Assembly: GCA_964016885.1 (NCBI GenBank) | Contig: OZ024761.1 | Span: 20,956,001 to 21,020,000, forward strand | DNA from: Eledone cirrhosa | Taxonomy: Eukaryota | Length of the DNA: 64,000 bases | Direction: 5' to 3' | Shown here: positions 25,706 to 40,404 of the stretch, piece by piece | How positions within the stretch are numbered: position 1 is the first letter of the stretch | How the letters are laid out: every line of letters starts with the position of its first letter | Position numbers and translations under genes: made by a program | The notes under the pieces: generated by a model | What the model was told of the DNA's origin: nothing | What the model saw: the letters and a program-made list of their open reading frames with translations, nothing else | Database searches by the model: none

Positions 25706-26078
25706 TATATATATTTATATATATATATTATATTATATATATATATATTTATATATATATATTATATTATATATATATATATTTATATATATATATTATA
25801 TTATATATATATATATTATATTATATATATATATATATTATATATATATATATATATATAATATATATATATATACATATTTACTGATGGTGATAGTGAG
25901 AAAGCTATCAATCACATGCTGACATTAATAACTTTCTATTTAAGTGTTCAAGTTATTGGTTTCCTGAACACAGGTACATTGGTTCAGAGACAATAGGTTA
26001 GCAGTGATAACAATATCTGATATATCCCACGCAGTCCTCTCCTTTCTAATCTCTCTCTCTATATATATATATATATAA

Positions 26079-26380
26079 TGGAGGCACATGGCTTAGTGGT
26101 TAGAGCATTGGCCTTGCAATCGAAAGGTTGTGAGTTCAATTCTCAGACCGGGTGATGTGTTGTTTCCTTGAGCATTGCTCCAGTTTACTCAGCTGTAGAA
26201 ATGAGATGATAGGACTGGGGTCCATATCATTCCACTGCAAAGTGGTCGTGGAGGTGCCACGGCAAAAAAGCACCCAGCACTCACTGTAAATGAGGTTGGT
26301 GTTAGGAAGGGCATCCAGCTGTAGAAATCAAGCCAGAACCAGTTCTGTATGAGAAAGACAAGGTCATCTGATCTGACTTG
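26079..26380 (+). mobile_element. Tripartite SINE: tRNA head, CORE-like body, RTE-derived tail
   Basis: tggcttagtggttagagc...gagttcaattctc, then ccttgagc...gctccag, then ggttggtgttaggaagggcatccagc. The 3' part recurs at 56072-56283. Confidence 0.8.
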
Positions 26381-26658
26381 TCTTACAATTTATATTAAGT
26401 TCTATAATGACCTACATACCTACCTACCTACATACCTACCTACCTACCTACCTACCTACCTACCTATATACATACCTACCTACCTACCCTACAATAATTG
26501 TTTCTCATTACTTTATCACTCACTAATGAACTTCATTAATTAGTCAAGATACCTGGGTGAAAAAAAACAAAATAAAACAAGAAACATGTCCTAAACAATA
26601 TATATATATATATATATATATAAATATATTTATATATATATATATATATAAATAAATA

Positions 26659-26702
<44 letters not shown>

Positions 26703-26736
26703 TATTTATATATATATATATATATATATATAAATA

Positions 26737-26790
<54 letters not shown>

Positions 26791-26822
26791 TATTTATATA
26801 TATATATATATATATATAAATA

Positions 26823-26872
<50 letters not shown>

Positions 26873-27042
26873 TATTTATATATATATATATATTTCGTTT
26901 CTGAATTTGGGCAAATATCATCCCATGATGATATTTGTTTTTGAAATGCGCATAATATTTATACCCCAGCCCTACAAACTGTGGAGTGCTACTTATCCGC
27001 TATTTGCATTGCTTTATTGTGCTACAATAAAACTCACCTCCT

Positions 27043-27141
<99 letters not shown>

Positions 27142-27482
27142 CAATGATATTAAATAAATGGAAACTATATTTATAAAACCATATTTATTTTCTTATATAT
27201 ATTTCAAGCGTACCAAGACACATTGATATGCTTTCCTCAGATAAAATACAAAGTTTGTTTTATAAATAGAGACATACTCATGAAAATCATACTTTTTCGG
27301 TTGACTATCCAGAGAATTTCCAACCGAAAAAGTATGATTTTCATGAGTATGTCTCTATTTATAAAACAAACTTTGTATTTTATCTGAGGAAAGCATATCA
27401 ATGTGTCTTGGTACCCTTGAAATATATATAAGAAAATAAATATGGTTTTATAAATATAGTTTCCATTTATTTAATATCATTG
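27142..27482. mobile_element. Near-perfect inverted repeat (162-bp arms, 17-bp spacer), each arm carrying a hammerhead motif; Penelope-like terminal-repeat remnant
   Basis: 27142-27303 is the reverse complement of 27321-27482 with one visible mismatch. HHR motifs at 27186-27248(-) and 27376-27438(+): TATTTTAT CTGAGGA AAG..CTT GAA ATATATAT A AGAAAATA. Confidence 0.8.
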
Positions 27483-27594
27483 AATATATACTCCAGGAAC
27501 TTGTTGAGTGCTCTAAATCAGTTATAAACATTTATATTTGTTGGACTTCCAACAAATTAAATACAACTTCTACTTATATATATATATATATATA

Positions 27595-27784
27595 GGAACA
27601 AGTAAGACCCCGACGGCTGAGCTCAAGCCGTTTCGACGGCTAATTGAGTCCAGAATTATCCGTCGAAACGGCTTGAGCTCAGCCGTCGGGGTCTTACTTG
27701 TCCCTTTACCCACTCTACTACCCTAAGTATTGAGTACTTTGGTGCGTTATGGTCCACCTGGTTCCTTACCACATTTCCTTCGTT
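27595..27784. mobile_element. Family C TA-embedded repeat with a fold-back palindrome at 27595-27703
   Basis: acaagtaagaccccgacggctgagctcaagccgtttcgacgg pairs with ccgtcgaaacggcttgagctcagccgtcggggtcttacttgt. Confidence 0.75.
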
Positions 27785-27991
27785 ATATATATATATATAG
27801 TTTCTTTATATTATTATTGTGTGTTGTTATTGTTATCAAATATTTCTATATTTATCTCCATTTTTAAACCAATATAAAAACCTCATCTTTCTATTTGTTT
27901 CATTTTGTCCTCTTAAAAATCACCTTTTTTACCTCTTTCTCAATCACAAGCTCCTTTTATCTCATCCTCTCTCTCGCTCTCTCTCCCTCTC

Positions 27992-28032
<41 letters not shown>

Positions 28033-28154
28033 TCACTTTCTCCTCGTCTCTCTCTCTCTCACTCTCTCCCCGTCTCTCTCTCTATCTCTCTCTGTCCTTC
28101 CATCCCTCTCTCTCTCTGTCCTTCCATCCCTCACTCTCTCCTCACTTTCTCCCC

Positions 28155-28193
<39 letters not shown>

Positions 28194-30239
28194 GTGATTC
28201 ATCATTACTTTCCAATTATGGCTATTACCATTTATAAAGCACTATTTACTCTGTGTGTGTGAGTGTTTGTATCTGTGTTTGTGTGTATGTTTGTTTGTGT
28301 GTGTGTGTGTATCTGTTTATGTGTGTGTATAAGCTTATATTAGCCTCTCTCTCTCTCTCTCCCTCTCCCTCACCAGCTGGCTGGCTGACCGACTGCGTGG
28401 CTTGCTTGACAACTGTCTAGCTGGCTGGCTGAACAGTCAGATGGTTGGCTGGGTACCTACCTCCATGGTTGGCTGGGTGTTCACCTCCATGGCTGGTTAG
28501 ATGGATGTCTAGCCCCATGGTTAGTTGGCTCGTTAGATGGCTGGCTGGCTCCATGGTTAGTTGGCTGCGTCGCTAGATGGCTGGCTGTCCAGCTGTATGG
28601 TTAGCTGGCTGGTTAAATGACTGGCTGTCAACCTCCATGGTTAGATGACTGGCTGTCCATCTCTATGTCTGGCTGGCTGACTGGCTCCATGGCTGGCTGG
28701 TTAGTTAGATGTCTAGCTATCTAGATGGCCAGTGGTGGTCTCTAGATGTCACACGCTGTCACACACAGTCACTCTGTGTCACCACACACTGTCACACTGT
28801 CACATGCTGTCAATATTTCAGTTATATTTGTTGGATCCGATCAGACTTTGGTTTCTTCATTCAAGGAATTTTCTTTCATTTCGTTCCATTCAAGAGTTCT
28901 TAGCTTCTCACTAGACTACAACTGTACTATACACCACTAACACTACCACCAACACCTCCACCAGTTCTCCATAGACCCTTCCATCCACTGTATTATACTA
29001 ATACCACCACCACCAACAGTTCTCTATAGACACCCCTCCTTCTACTGTACTATACTAACCCCCACCACCACCAGTTCCATCTTTCCATTCCTTTCATTCA
29101 CTGCCACAATACACACCTGACACACTACTGCTTACACTACACACCAGACACTACACACACACACACACCACACCACATACCACACCACACATCACACACC
29201 ACACTTTTTCTCCCTTTTCTAACTAATCCAACTTCTCTTTTTTTTTCCTATATGTATATATATATATTGTTATATATATACACACAAACACACACATATA
29301 TATATCCTCATACACACATATAGTGTGTGTTCTGTGGTCCCACATATAAAATTCCCGTGTCTCAGCTGTTCAACGCAACAATAACAACACCACCACCACC
29401 ACCACCACCACCACCACCACCAACAACACCACCAACAACACCAACAACACCACCACCACCACCACCACCACCACCACCACCACCACCACCAACAACAACA
29501 CCACCACCAACAACACCAACAACACCACCACCACCAACAACAACAACACCAACAACAACACCACCAACACCACCACCACCAACAACACCACCAGCAACAA
29601 CAACACCACCAACACCACCACCACTACCACTACACCACCACCACCACCACGACCACCAACAACACCACCAACAACACCAACAACAACACCACCACCACTA
29701 CCACCACCAACAACACCACCACCAACACCAACACCAACACCAACACATCACCACAAAGTCCCATCTCTACCAGATAAAGTTTTCATATATATTCTATATT
29801 TTGGTTCCATTTCCCTCTACACAAAGGTATCTATTTATCTATTATTAAGGCAGTCTTTCTTTCTTTCTTTCTTTCTTTTCTTTCTCTATTTCTTTCTTTC
29901 TTTTCTTTGTTTGTTTCTTTTTTATTTATTTATTTTTTTCAAATTTCAATTTTCTTCAATTTATCTAATTTCTTGTGCGTATATTATTATTATTATTGTA
30001 GTTGTAGTTGTAGTTGTTGTTGTTGTTATTGTTGTTAGTGTCTGACAAAATACTTTGCAATATTTATTCTGGCTCTTTATTTCACGAGTTCAAATCCCAC
30101 TTTACAGAGAGTGGTCGATAAAATACAGAAACAGTAATGTACTCGGGGTTAAGTTAACCCCTATCCGACCCCAAATTGCTGGCCTTGAGCCTCTGTTAGA
30201 AATATTATTATTATTGTTTTATTTCCGGAAGGAAATAAG

Positions 30240-30305
<66 letters not shown>

Positions 30306-30404
30306 TTATATATATATTTATATATATATATATTTATATATATATTTATATATATATATATTTATATATATATTTATATTTATATATATATTTATATATA
30401 TATT

Positions 30405-30439
<35 letters not shown>

Positions 30440-30516
30440 ATTTATATATATATATACATACATACCCATACATATATAAATACAGATACATCTCCACACT
30501 CACACAAACACATATA

Positions 30517-30768
30517 TGGAACAAACTACCTGCATCAGTTATTAGCTGTCGAGACACTGCATCCTTTAAAACCTCCATGCTTCCTGAAATTCGTCAACAC
30601 TACACCTGACACATACACACACACACACGTGTATATCATGACTCATACACTGTGCATTTTCCTGACATTTGTACATTACCCTATGTACTATACATGCACC
30701 TTTGATGAGTTGTAGTGCACCTGAGCACTGTACACAATAATTTCATTATTATTATAATTATTATTATA
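30517..30768 (+). mobile_element. CR1-like LINE 3' end
   Basis: [18 protein letters not shown]...* matches the WNxLP...FK C-terminal motif of CR1/L2 ORF2, followed by a UTR and (ATT)n tail. Confidence 0.7.
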
Positions 30769-30963
30769 TTTATATATATACATACCCGTAAACATATATA
30801 AATACATATACATTACATACACACACACACACACATATATATATACACAAACATACACTCACATGCACATATATATGTGTATAATATATATATATACACT
30901 TACACACACTTGCATATATATACATTCATAACTCTTGCTAGCAGGGAAACCAGACAGTAAAAT

Positions 30964-31009
<46 letters not shown>

Positions 31010-31385
31010 ATGTATATTATTTTATATATATTATATTTTTAAAAAGAAAAACTGTGTCAGAAGTAGCTGATGTTGTTTTTGTTTTGTTTTCATTCTTTCT
31101 TTTCTTATTTGTATTTTTTTAAAATCTTGTTGTTGTTGTTTAGTGTGTTAAGCAGCTCTGTCTGAGATAAAAAGTTGTGTTTAAGTAGACAACATATATA
31201 TATATATATAATTAATACAATAACAGAGATAGTTTAAAGCTAAACTCTGACTGGTAACCATCTCACTCAACAAACATTAGGTTTTATTAAAATATAGACC
31301 CAATTTAAGTGTTTGGGGTGCTAACAATATGTATAATGTGGAAAAACCAGTTGTATTATTTTATGAGATATAATTAAAGTTAAAG

Positions 31386-31418
<33 letters not shown>

Positions 31419-31509
31419 GTATATAATGTTATTTTGCTGATCTTATAAATGTTGTTGAAATTACTATTTATATGGCTTAAATAGATTTATTTTTATACTC
31501 TCGGCTTTA

Positions 31510-31576
<67 letters not shown>

Positions 31577-31621
31577 TATTTAGTGTAGTTTAATCCTTGT
31601 TATTTTTTATTAATTTCATAT

Positions 31622-31656
<35 letters not shown>

Positions 31657-33367
31657 CCCGGGTTAATATATATATATATATTATAATTGCATTAGTTGCA
31701 TTACGTCGAGTGCTCTCCCTAATATTACATCGACGTTGACCATACGGAATGACCAGTTCTATCCAGTGGTGAACCAACAAACCTAAATAAATCTATACAT
31801 ATATATATATATATATGTGTGTGTGTATATATATTTGTGTATATATATTTATCAAGACTTTGAAAGGCTTTAGGTTGTTTGGTATCAAGAGAGTTAAGGG
31901 AGATTTGGCTGCTTTTTCTAGCTGTTAGAGCGATCTCATAGAATAATCCTTGTTGGCTCCAGTTTAAACCCCATTTTTGTTTTTTAGCTTGGTAGAAGCT
32001 CCCTTATTGGTTTGGTAGATAGTCTCTCTCTTTCTGTCTCTCATTTCTGCAACATCTCCACATATACAAATACATACAACTGATACAAAAGTTCCACCGC
32101 CACCACTATCGTCCCTATCACCCCCACCCACACACCAACTCCACCACCACCGCCACCACTACCATCACTATCAACCCCGCCACCACACCAACTCCACCAC
32201 CACCACAATCACCACTGCCACCACCACTACCCTCACTATAACCCCCCCCCCCCCCCATATACACCAACACCACAACCACCACCACCACCATCCAAATTAT
32301 CAAATCAGTACAGTAAGAGTTACTTCCCTTGTCCAGTTTACTAAATATTCTCGTCTTGAGGATTGCTATAAAAAATATACTGAGGCCAGTCAGGAAAACA
32401 TAACTCTATTTTATGTCGTCAAGAGTTATCGCCGCTGATAAAATTTAACTTTTCATAGATTTGTAAGATTTAATTAACGTCTTGTTAGGAAGAAAGTGTT
32501 TTCCCCTACAAATATTACACACGCACATATATATGTATATATATGGATGATGTGAGCATGTTTTTTTTTTTTTATGAGTTGGGGGTGGGTCCTTAATTTT
32601 TTTTGTTAATATAAACAATTATTTTCTCTCAAAACCCTAAAACAAGTCTGGAATATTATAGGTGGAACTAAAACCAATGCTGGCCTTAACCAAATATAAC
32701 CCTCCATATAACCTCCTCTCTCGATATAACCTCCCAGCCAACTTATTTAGCACTGTGAAACCAGTTATAAGCTGGGGTTGGTCTTGATCAAATACCGCCC
32801 CCCCCCCCTGCTCTTCTTGATTCAATTTTTTCTTTATTTAAAAATGTATTAAAGAATTTTTGAATTAGAAAAAAATAATAAAAAATTTTTTTGACTAAAA
32901 GAAAATATAAACATTTTTTAATTTGAAAAAAAAAATTTTTTTAAATTAAAAAAAAAATAAACTCTATTTTAATTTTAAAAAATTTTTTTAATTCTAAAGA
33001 ATAAACATTTTTTATTTAAAAAATTTTTTTAAATTAAAAAAAAAAAAATTTCTATTTTAATTAAAAAAAATTTTTTTTTAATTCTAAAGAATAAACATTT
33101 TTTAATTAAAAAATTTTTTTTTTAAATTTAAAAATAAGTATTTTTTAATTTAAAAAAAAATTCTTTTTAAATAAAAAAAAATCATTTAAAAAAATGAGGA
33201 AAGGGGTGGACAAACTGAAAATTATCTGACAAAATTAAAAGAAAACAATGAGAAGCTCTGACTTTACACTGAAGCGGAGTCCTTCTAGTATGGAAAGTCT
33301 GTTGTACTACTTACACCTTCATATGGAGATACTTAAGATAGTTACCTTACTCTGCTGCCAACTTCAG

Positions 33368-33382
33368 GAACTGAAGTTTAAG
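33368..33382 (+). CDS. Candidate 15-nt microexon (ELKFK) of the coiled-coil gene
   Basis: ccttactctgctgccaacttcag|GAACTGAAGTTTAAG|gtaaac; phase 0-0, frame-preserving between flanking exons. Confidence 0.45.
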
Positions 33383-33400
33383 GTAAACAGGATTTTTATG

Positions 33401-33471
<71 letters not shown>

Positions 33472-34243
33472 CTCTCTCTCTCTCTCTCACCCTCTCTCTC
33501 TCTATATCTATCTATCTATCTATCTATCTATCTCTCTCTCTATCCCTCACTCTCTCTGTAACTCTCTCTATCTCTTTCTCTATCTATCTCTCTCTCACTC
33601 TCTAACCCACTCACTCTCTCTAACTCTCTCTATCTATCTATATCTCTCTCTCCCTCACTCCCTCACTGTCTCTCATATCTTCTAATAATAGTATTGTGAT
33701 ATTTGGGACTAAAAAGAAAACAAAAACCTCAGGATTAAACCCCATTTTCTTTCCTGGACATAAAAATTGTTCAACTTTTCCTGGAGACTTGAAAGAGAAA
33801 AATGGAGAAAAGTTGTCAAGATCCCTCAAACAAATTAACTGTGGTTGTTGTTGGTGATGATGGTGGTGGTGGTGATGATGATGGTGGTGGGGGTGGTGAT
33901 GATGGTGGTGGGGGTGGTGATGGTGATGATGGGGGTGGGGGTGGTGATGGTGATGATGATGATAGGGATGATGGTGATGATGATGGGGGTGGGGGGGTGA
34001 TGATGATGATGGTGATGGTGATGATGGTGATGATGATGGTTATGATGATGGTGATGATGATTGCTCAGATGTATTTCTTGTTGTTTTCGTCGGAGATAAT
34101 GAAAAAAAAACAACATTGTTTCAGTTCTTGGCAATTAAACCCAAGATGTTAACCCCAAGATACAGCTGGTACTAATTTTCAGCTAAGTTGACTGGAGCAA
34201 CATGAAATGAAATTAAACGTTGTTGTTGTTATTGTTATTGTAG

Positions 34244-34366
34244 GTCAGTGAGGAATGTTCGGCTCTGAAACAAAGTCTTCGGCAACAAGAACAAGAATGT
34301 GAAATGGCCAAGGAAAAGATTTCAACGTTAGAAGCTAAAATTACTTCTTTACAGAAAATTATAAAG
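34244..34366 (+). CDS. Internal exon of the coiled-coil gene (VSEECSALKQSLRQQEQECEMAKEKISTLEAKITSLQKIIK)
   Basis: ttgtag acceptor, AAG|gtttgt donor, 123 nt, phase 0-0. Confidence 0.85.
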
Positions 34367-35114
34367 GTTTGTTATCTTCTTCCTCCATTTCCTCCTCCTC
34401 TTCCTCTTCTTCCTCTTTGTCTGTCTGTATGTATAAAATAATTTATATATACATGTGTGTGTGTGTGACAGCTCATACCTATGTGTGTGTGTGTGTGTGT
34501 GTGACAACTCACACCTATGTGTGTGTGTGACAGCTCACACCTATGTGTGTGTGTGTGAGACAGCTCACACCTGTGCAGCTTTAGCTGGCCTCCTCCAAGG
34601 TATATCTCGTTGGAGGTGCCTTGGGTAATTTAATGATAGGGACCCCAGTCCTATCATCTCATTTTTACAGCTGATTAAACTGGATCAACATGAAACAACA
34701 CATCACCCAGTCCGAGAATTGAACTCACAACCTCTCGATTGCAATCCCAATGCTCTAACAACTAAGCCCTGCACCTTCACATATATACATATATCAAAAG
34801 AATGTGTACAAATCACTCTGGTGATTTTTGATCCCCTATCATTGAACACATATCTCTATATGTACTTCTCTCTATATATTGATTTATAAAGAGCCTGGAA
34901 TCTATTCCTCAAGCTCATTAAATTACAAGGGATGATTGTGAGTCTTTAACTCCACTTTGATAAATGTGGTTGGTGTTAGGAAGAGCATCCAGCTGTAAAA
35001 GAAAAGCTGCCAAATATGCTTCCGTGCGAACGAGACATAGTCTCTCGACCATTCCGGCATCAAATGGAACAAAACCGTCTAACCCATGCTAGCATGGAAG
35101 ATGGATGTTAAACA

Positions 35115-35146
<32 letters not shown>

Positions 35147-35381
35147 ATATATTCTGATGATTTGGTCAAGTATCGAATGTAATTAAAATCGAGTGACGTA
35201 GCATTCTACGAACACCGGTTTTTAGACACACCGGACGAATGAAACATTTGTTAATACTTTGAATAAACCCTATTGTACAGCCGATCCATGTTATTCTTTA
35301 CTCCTTTACTATATATATGTGTATATATATATAATGTATGTATGTCTAAAATAACACATGTATATATAAATTTAATTTCAG

Positions 35382-35486
35382 GATCTTCAGAAATCTGATG
35401 AGCAATTAAGGGTGCTTGATGTTGAACATAGGGATACTTTACAGAAATTGTCGAAGAAAGATGAAGAAATTCAAAAGTTAGATGAA
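35382..35486 (+). CDS. Internal exon of the coiled-coil gene (DLQKSDEQLRVLDVEHRDTLQKLSKKDEEIQKLDE)
   Basis: tttcag acceptor, GAA|gtaggt donor, 105 nt, phase 0-0. Confidence 0.85.
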
Positions 35487-37104
35487 GTAGGTTTATTTTC
35501 ATTAAATCTTTAAACATATAATTTATTCCCCCGCCTCTCTCTCTTTTGTCTCTCTCTCTCTCTCACATGGGGTCTAATAATGATGTAACCATTGTATGAT
35601 AACAAACAACAGTGTCGTTGAAATACGTATTATCCAATAAATACAATTATGTAGATGTAATATCTAATTTAACAGTATTTTGTATATGGAAACTTTATCA
35701 TACTTAACCTTCAGCACACTGAATTACTTCCCTTGACACTGCATTATGTGTTAAAGGGAGATTACTCTCTTGTCGCAATTTGTCACCGACAGCATGCTAA
35801 AGATTAATCACCTTCATAATGCTGGAAATATACACGACTGATGTAGAGTGCTTTTTTGACCCCTTAAACCGGATTATCTTCACAGTGTTACAACGTAACC
35901 TTCGTGGATGTATTGCTGTGAAATATTCTCTGCCGCCAAAGGTGTCTCTGGGGCCCACAAACCTGAGCCTTGCTGCCCATCATGTAGAGGAGAGGAAGCT
36001 ATCCTATGAAATGCGAGGTCTTGACTCTCACTGTTCCCTTTTTTAATCCTGGTCACCGTCAAGGCCTCCTAGGTCCATATGTCCCTGGACTGCTACCTGA
36101 GGAAAGAGTCCCCGTGAGGTGGAGAGGCCGATGTAGCAGGTGTTGCTAGCTATTGTCTGCAGTGATGATTTCACCGTCATATCTGCAGGACACATCAGAG
36201 ATATATGCCGGGATTTGGACTCCAAGAACAAGAGAATTAGATTCAATGTTCTATTTACCAATTCACATACATCATCATCATTTTACGTCCGCTTTTCCCT
36301 GCTTGTACATATATACATACATATATATATATTTATATATATGTCTATATATGTATATGTATATATATGTATATGTATATATATATATATGTCATCATCA
36401 TCATCATCATCACCGTTTTACGTCCGTTCTTCCACGCTAGCATGGGTTAGACGGGTTGTCCTGTTGTGGGCAGTGTCTGGTCGGCTGACCATGCCTTGCT
36501 CATACAGGAACTGATCTGGCTTGATTTCTACAGCTGGATGCCCTTCCTAACACCAACCTCATTTACAGTGAGTGCTGGGTGCTTTTTCGTGGCGCCTACA
36601 CGTCCACTTTACAGTGTGGGCTGGGTGCTTTTTTGCCGTGGCACCTCCACGTATATATATATATATATATATATATTCGTATATATAATATATATAAATA
36701 CAGACCCGCCTTGCCTAAGTACAAAGCGAAACCTACAGTCAGTAGGCACCTCTTAACAAAAATACACCCCCTGTCCCACCCCATCCACACTACCCCTTTC
36801 TCTGTAAAGCTATGTTGGCACCACAACATCCAGTCCTAAATAAATGAGGTCGTGCAGGTGTCACGACAAAAACACACACAGTCCACGCTGTAATGTGGCT
36901 GTGTAGGTAACACGGTAAAAAGCTCCCAGTTCCCCACTGTAAACGTGGTTGGTGTTAGGAAGGGCATCCAGCCGTAGAAAACCCGCCAGACAGTCCTATA
37001 CGAGCAGGACAACCACTCTTGCCTCAAGTGGGACAATTCCCGTCAAAACCCATGCAAGCGTGGAAGATGGACGTTAAACGATGATGATGATTCATATGTG
37101 TATA

Positions 37105-37143
<39 letters not shown>

Positions 37144-37272
37144 TGTATATGTGTATGTATGTGTAGATATATGTATATTTGTAAGTATGTGTGTATATAT
37201 CACTATATACATGTTTGGCTTTGTTTAGAAGGATCATTCATTTTCCTTTTGTGTTTTGTAGTATTGTGTGGC

Positions 37273-37337
<65 letters not shown>

Positions 37338-37523
37338 ATGTGTGTGTGTGTGTGGCTTACACACACACATATGTGTGTGTGTGTGTGTGTAAGCCACATA
37401 TATGTGTGTGTATCATCAATATCATATATGTGTATATATATATATATATATATAGACAGACAGAGAGAGAAAAAGTTAAATAGAGAGCTAGCTAGATAGA
37501 GAGACAAACAGACAGATAGATAC

Positions 37524-37573
<50 letters not shown>

Positions 37574-37739
37574 ACAATTATTGAAAAGCACTTGATTGCT
37601 GCTCTCATTTCCATTGATGATGTTGTCACCGCGGACATCACTACTAGTTGTCTTATATATATATGTGTGTATATGTGTGTGTATATGTGTGTGTGTGTAT
37701 ATAGACCTTTATAATTGTAAGGAAAGGAGAAAGGGGGAA

Positions 37740-37825
37740 AAAATACACACACATATATAAGTGTGTATATATATATATATACACATGTATGTGTATATAT
37801 ATATATGTATATACACATGTATGTG

Positions 37826-37857
<32 letters not shown>

Positions 37858-38101
37858 TAAGTGTGTATATATATATATATATACACATGTATGTGTATAT
37901 ATATATATATATATACACATATATAAGTGTGTATATATATATATATATATATACACATATATAAGTGTGTATATATATATATATACACATGTATGTGTAT
38001 ATATATATATATATACACATACATGTGTATATATATATATATAAATATATATACACATGTATGTGTATATATATATATATATATATATACACATGTATGT
38101 G

Positions 38102-38141
<40 letters not shown>

Positions 38142-38197
38142 GTGTATATATATATATATATATATACACATGTATGTGTATATATATATATATATAC

Positions 38198-38248
<51 letters not shown>

Positions 38249-38320
38249 ACATACATGTGTATATATATTTATATATATATATATACACATGTATGTGTAT
38301 ATATATATATATACACATAC

Positions 38321-38370
<50 letters not shown>

Positions 38371-38602
38371 ACATGTGTATATATATTTATATATATATAT
38401 ATACACATGTATGTGTATATATATATATATATATACACATGTGTATATATATATATATATATATATACTATATATACATACATGTGTATATATATTTATA
38501 TATATATATATACACATGTATGTGTATATATATATATTTTATATATATATATACACATACAGTGTTATATATATATATATAAATATATATACACATGTAT
38601 GT

Positions 38603-38634
<32 letters not shown>

Positions 38635-38652
38635 ATACACATGTATGTATAG

Positions 38653-38687
<35 letters not shown>

Positions 38688-38696
38688 ATACACATG

Positions 38697-38745
<49 letters not shown>

Positions 38746-38960
38746 ATATATATATATATATAAATATATATATACATGTATGTATATATATATATAAAAT
38801 ATAATATTACACATGTATGTATATGTATATATATATATAAATATATATACACATGTATGTATATATATATTATATATAAATATATATACACATGTATGTA
38901 TATATATATATATATATATATACACATGTATGTGTATATATATATATATCTATACACGTA
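37740..38960. repeat. Compound (TA)n satellite with palindromic ACACATGT(ATGT)GT nodes
   Basis: Direct reading; abuts the assembly gap. Confidence 0.85.
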
Positions 38961-39160
38961 NNNNNNNNNNNNNNNNNNNNNNNNNNNNNNNNNNNNNNNN
39001 NNNNNNNNNNNNNNNNNNNNNNNNNNNNNNNNNNNNNNNNNNNNNNNNNNNNNNNNNNNNNNNNNNNNNNNNNNNNNNNNNNNNNNNNNNNNNNNNNNNN
39101 NNNNNNNNNNNNNNNNNNNNNNNNNNNNNNNNNNNNNNNNNNNNNNNNNNNNNNNNNNNN
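38961..39160. other. Assembly gap (200 N)
   Basis: Run of n. Confidence 1.
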
Positions 39161-39371
39161 GAAACGATCGTTAAATAGTGAACTTTTTTTTGTTTAATAT
39201 AAGGAATTGTTTGTTCATTATTTGTTTAATATTTTATCTTGACTCTGTATACCGTTTATCTTTCACCGAAATTGGATTTTCATTACATCTCTTCTTTCCA
39301 TGATATCCGAAATACATTGAGTTCTTCATACGGATTGGACACTACCGTAAACCCTTGGTAGATTTATCTAC

Positions 39372-39417
<46 letters not shown>

Positions 39418-39667
39418 ATATATATTTATGTAAATATATATATGTATATATATATGTATATATATATGTATATATATACATATATATATACATACATATA
39501 TATATATATATACATACATATATATATATATATACAGTCCAGAATTAGCCGTCGAAACGGCTTGAGCTCAGCTGTCGGGGTCTTACTGGTTTCCTATATA
39601 TATATATATATATACATACATACTTATATTATATACATATATATATACATATATATATATAATATAC

Positions 39668-39698
<31 letters not shown>

Positions 39699-39726
39699 CA
39701 TATATATACATATATATATATACATA

Positions 39727-39762
<36 letters not shown>

Positions 39763-40053
39763 CATCATCATCATGTTCGTTTAACGTCTATCTTCCATGC
39801 TAGCATGGGTTAGACGGCAGATGTCCACTTGAGGCAAGGCTGGTTGGGTGACCGTGTCTCGCTTATATAGGACTACCTGGCAGCTTTTCTACAGCTGGAT
39901 GCCCTTCCTAACAAAACAAAAACCTGCCAGATAGTCCTATATGAGCGAGATATATATATGTATGTATGTATGTATTTATATATATGTATATATATAGTAT
40001 ATATATATATATAATATATATATATATAGTATATTTATACTATTATAAATATG

Positions 40054-40085
<32 letters not shown>

Positions 40086-40241
40086 TAAATATACTATATA
40101 TGTATAACTATATATATATATTTAGATTATCTATAATAATATATAATATATATATAGATAGCTATATATATATATATATATATATATAGATATCTATATA
40201 TATTATATATATATATAGATATCTATATATATATATATCTA

Positions 40242-40277
<36 letters not shown>

Positions 40278-40336
40278 TATACATACATACATATAGATAT
40301 ATATAGATATATATAGATATAGATATCTATATATAT

Positions 40337-40404
<68 letters not shown>

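Noticed and set aside
26079-26155. tRNA gene (also 45563-45635 and 50385-50440)
   Set aside because: Box A/B-like motifs are present but no complete cloverleaf; the first two continue into SINE core sequence.
35150-35200. CTGATGA motif as a hammerhead (also 1046, 50561 and 62508)
   Set aside because: No correctly spaced stem II, GAAA and stem I pairing.
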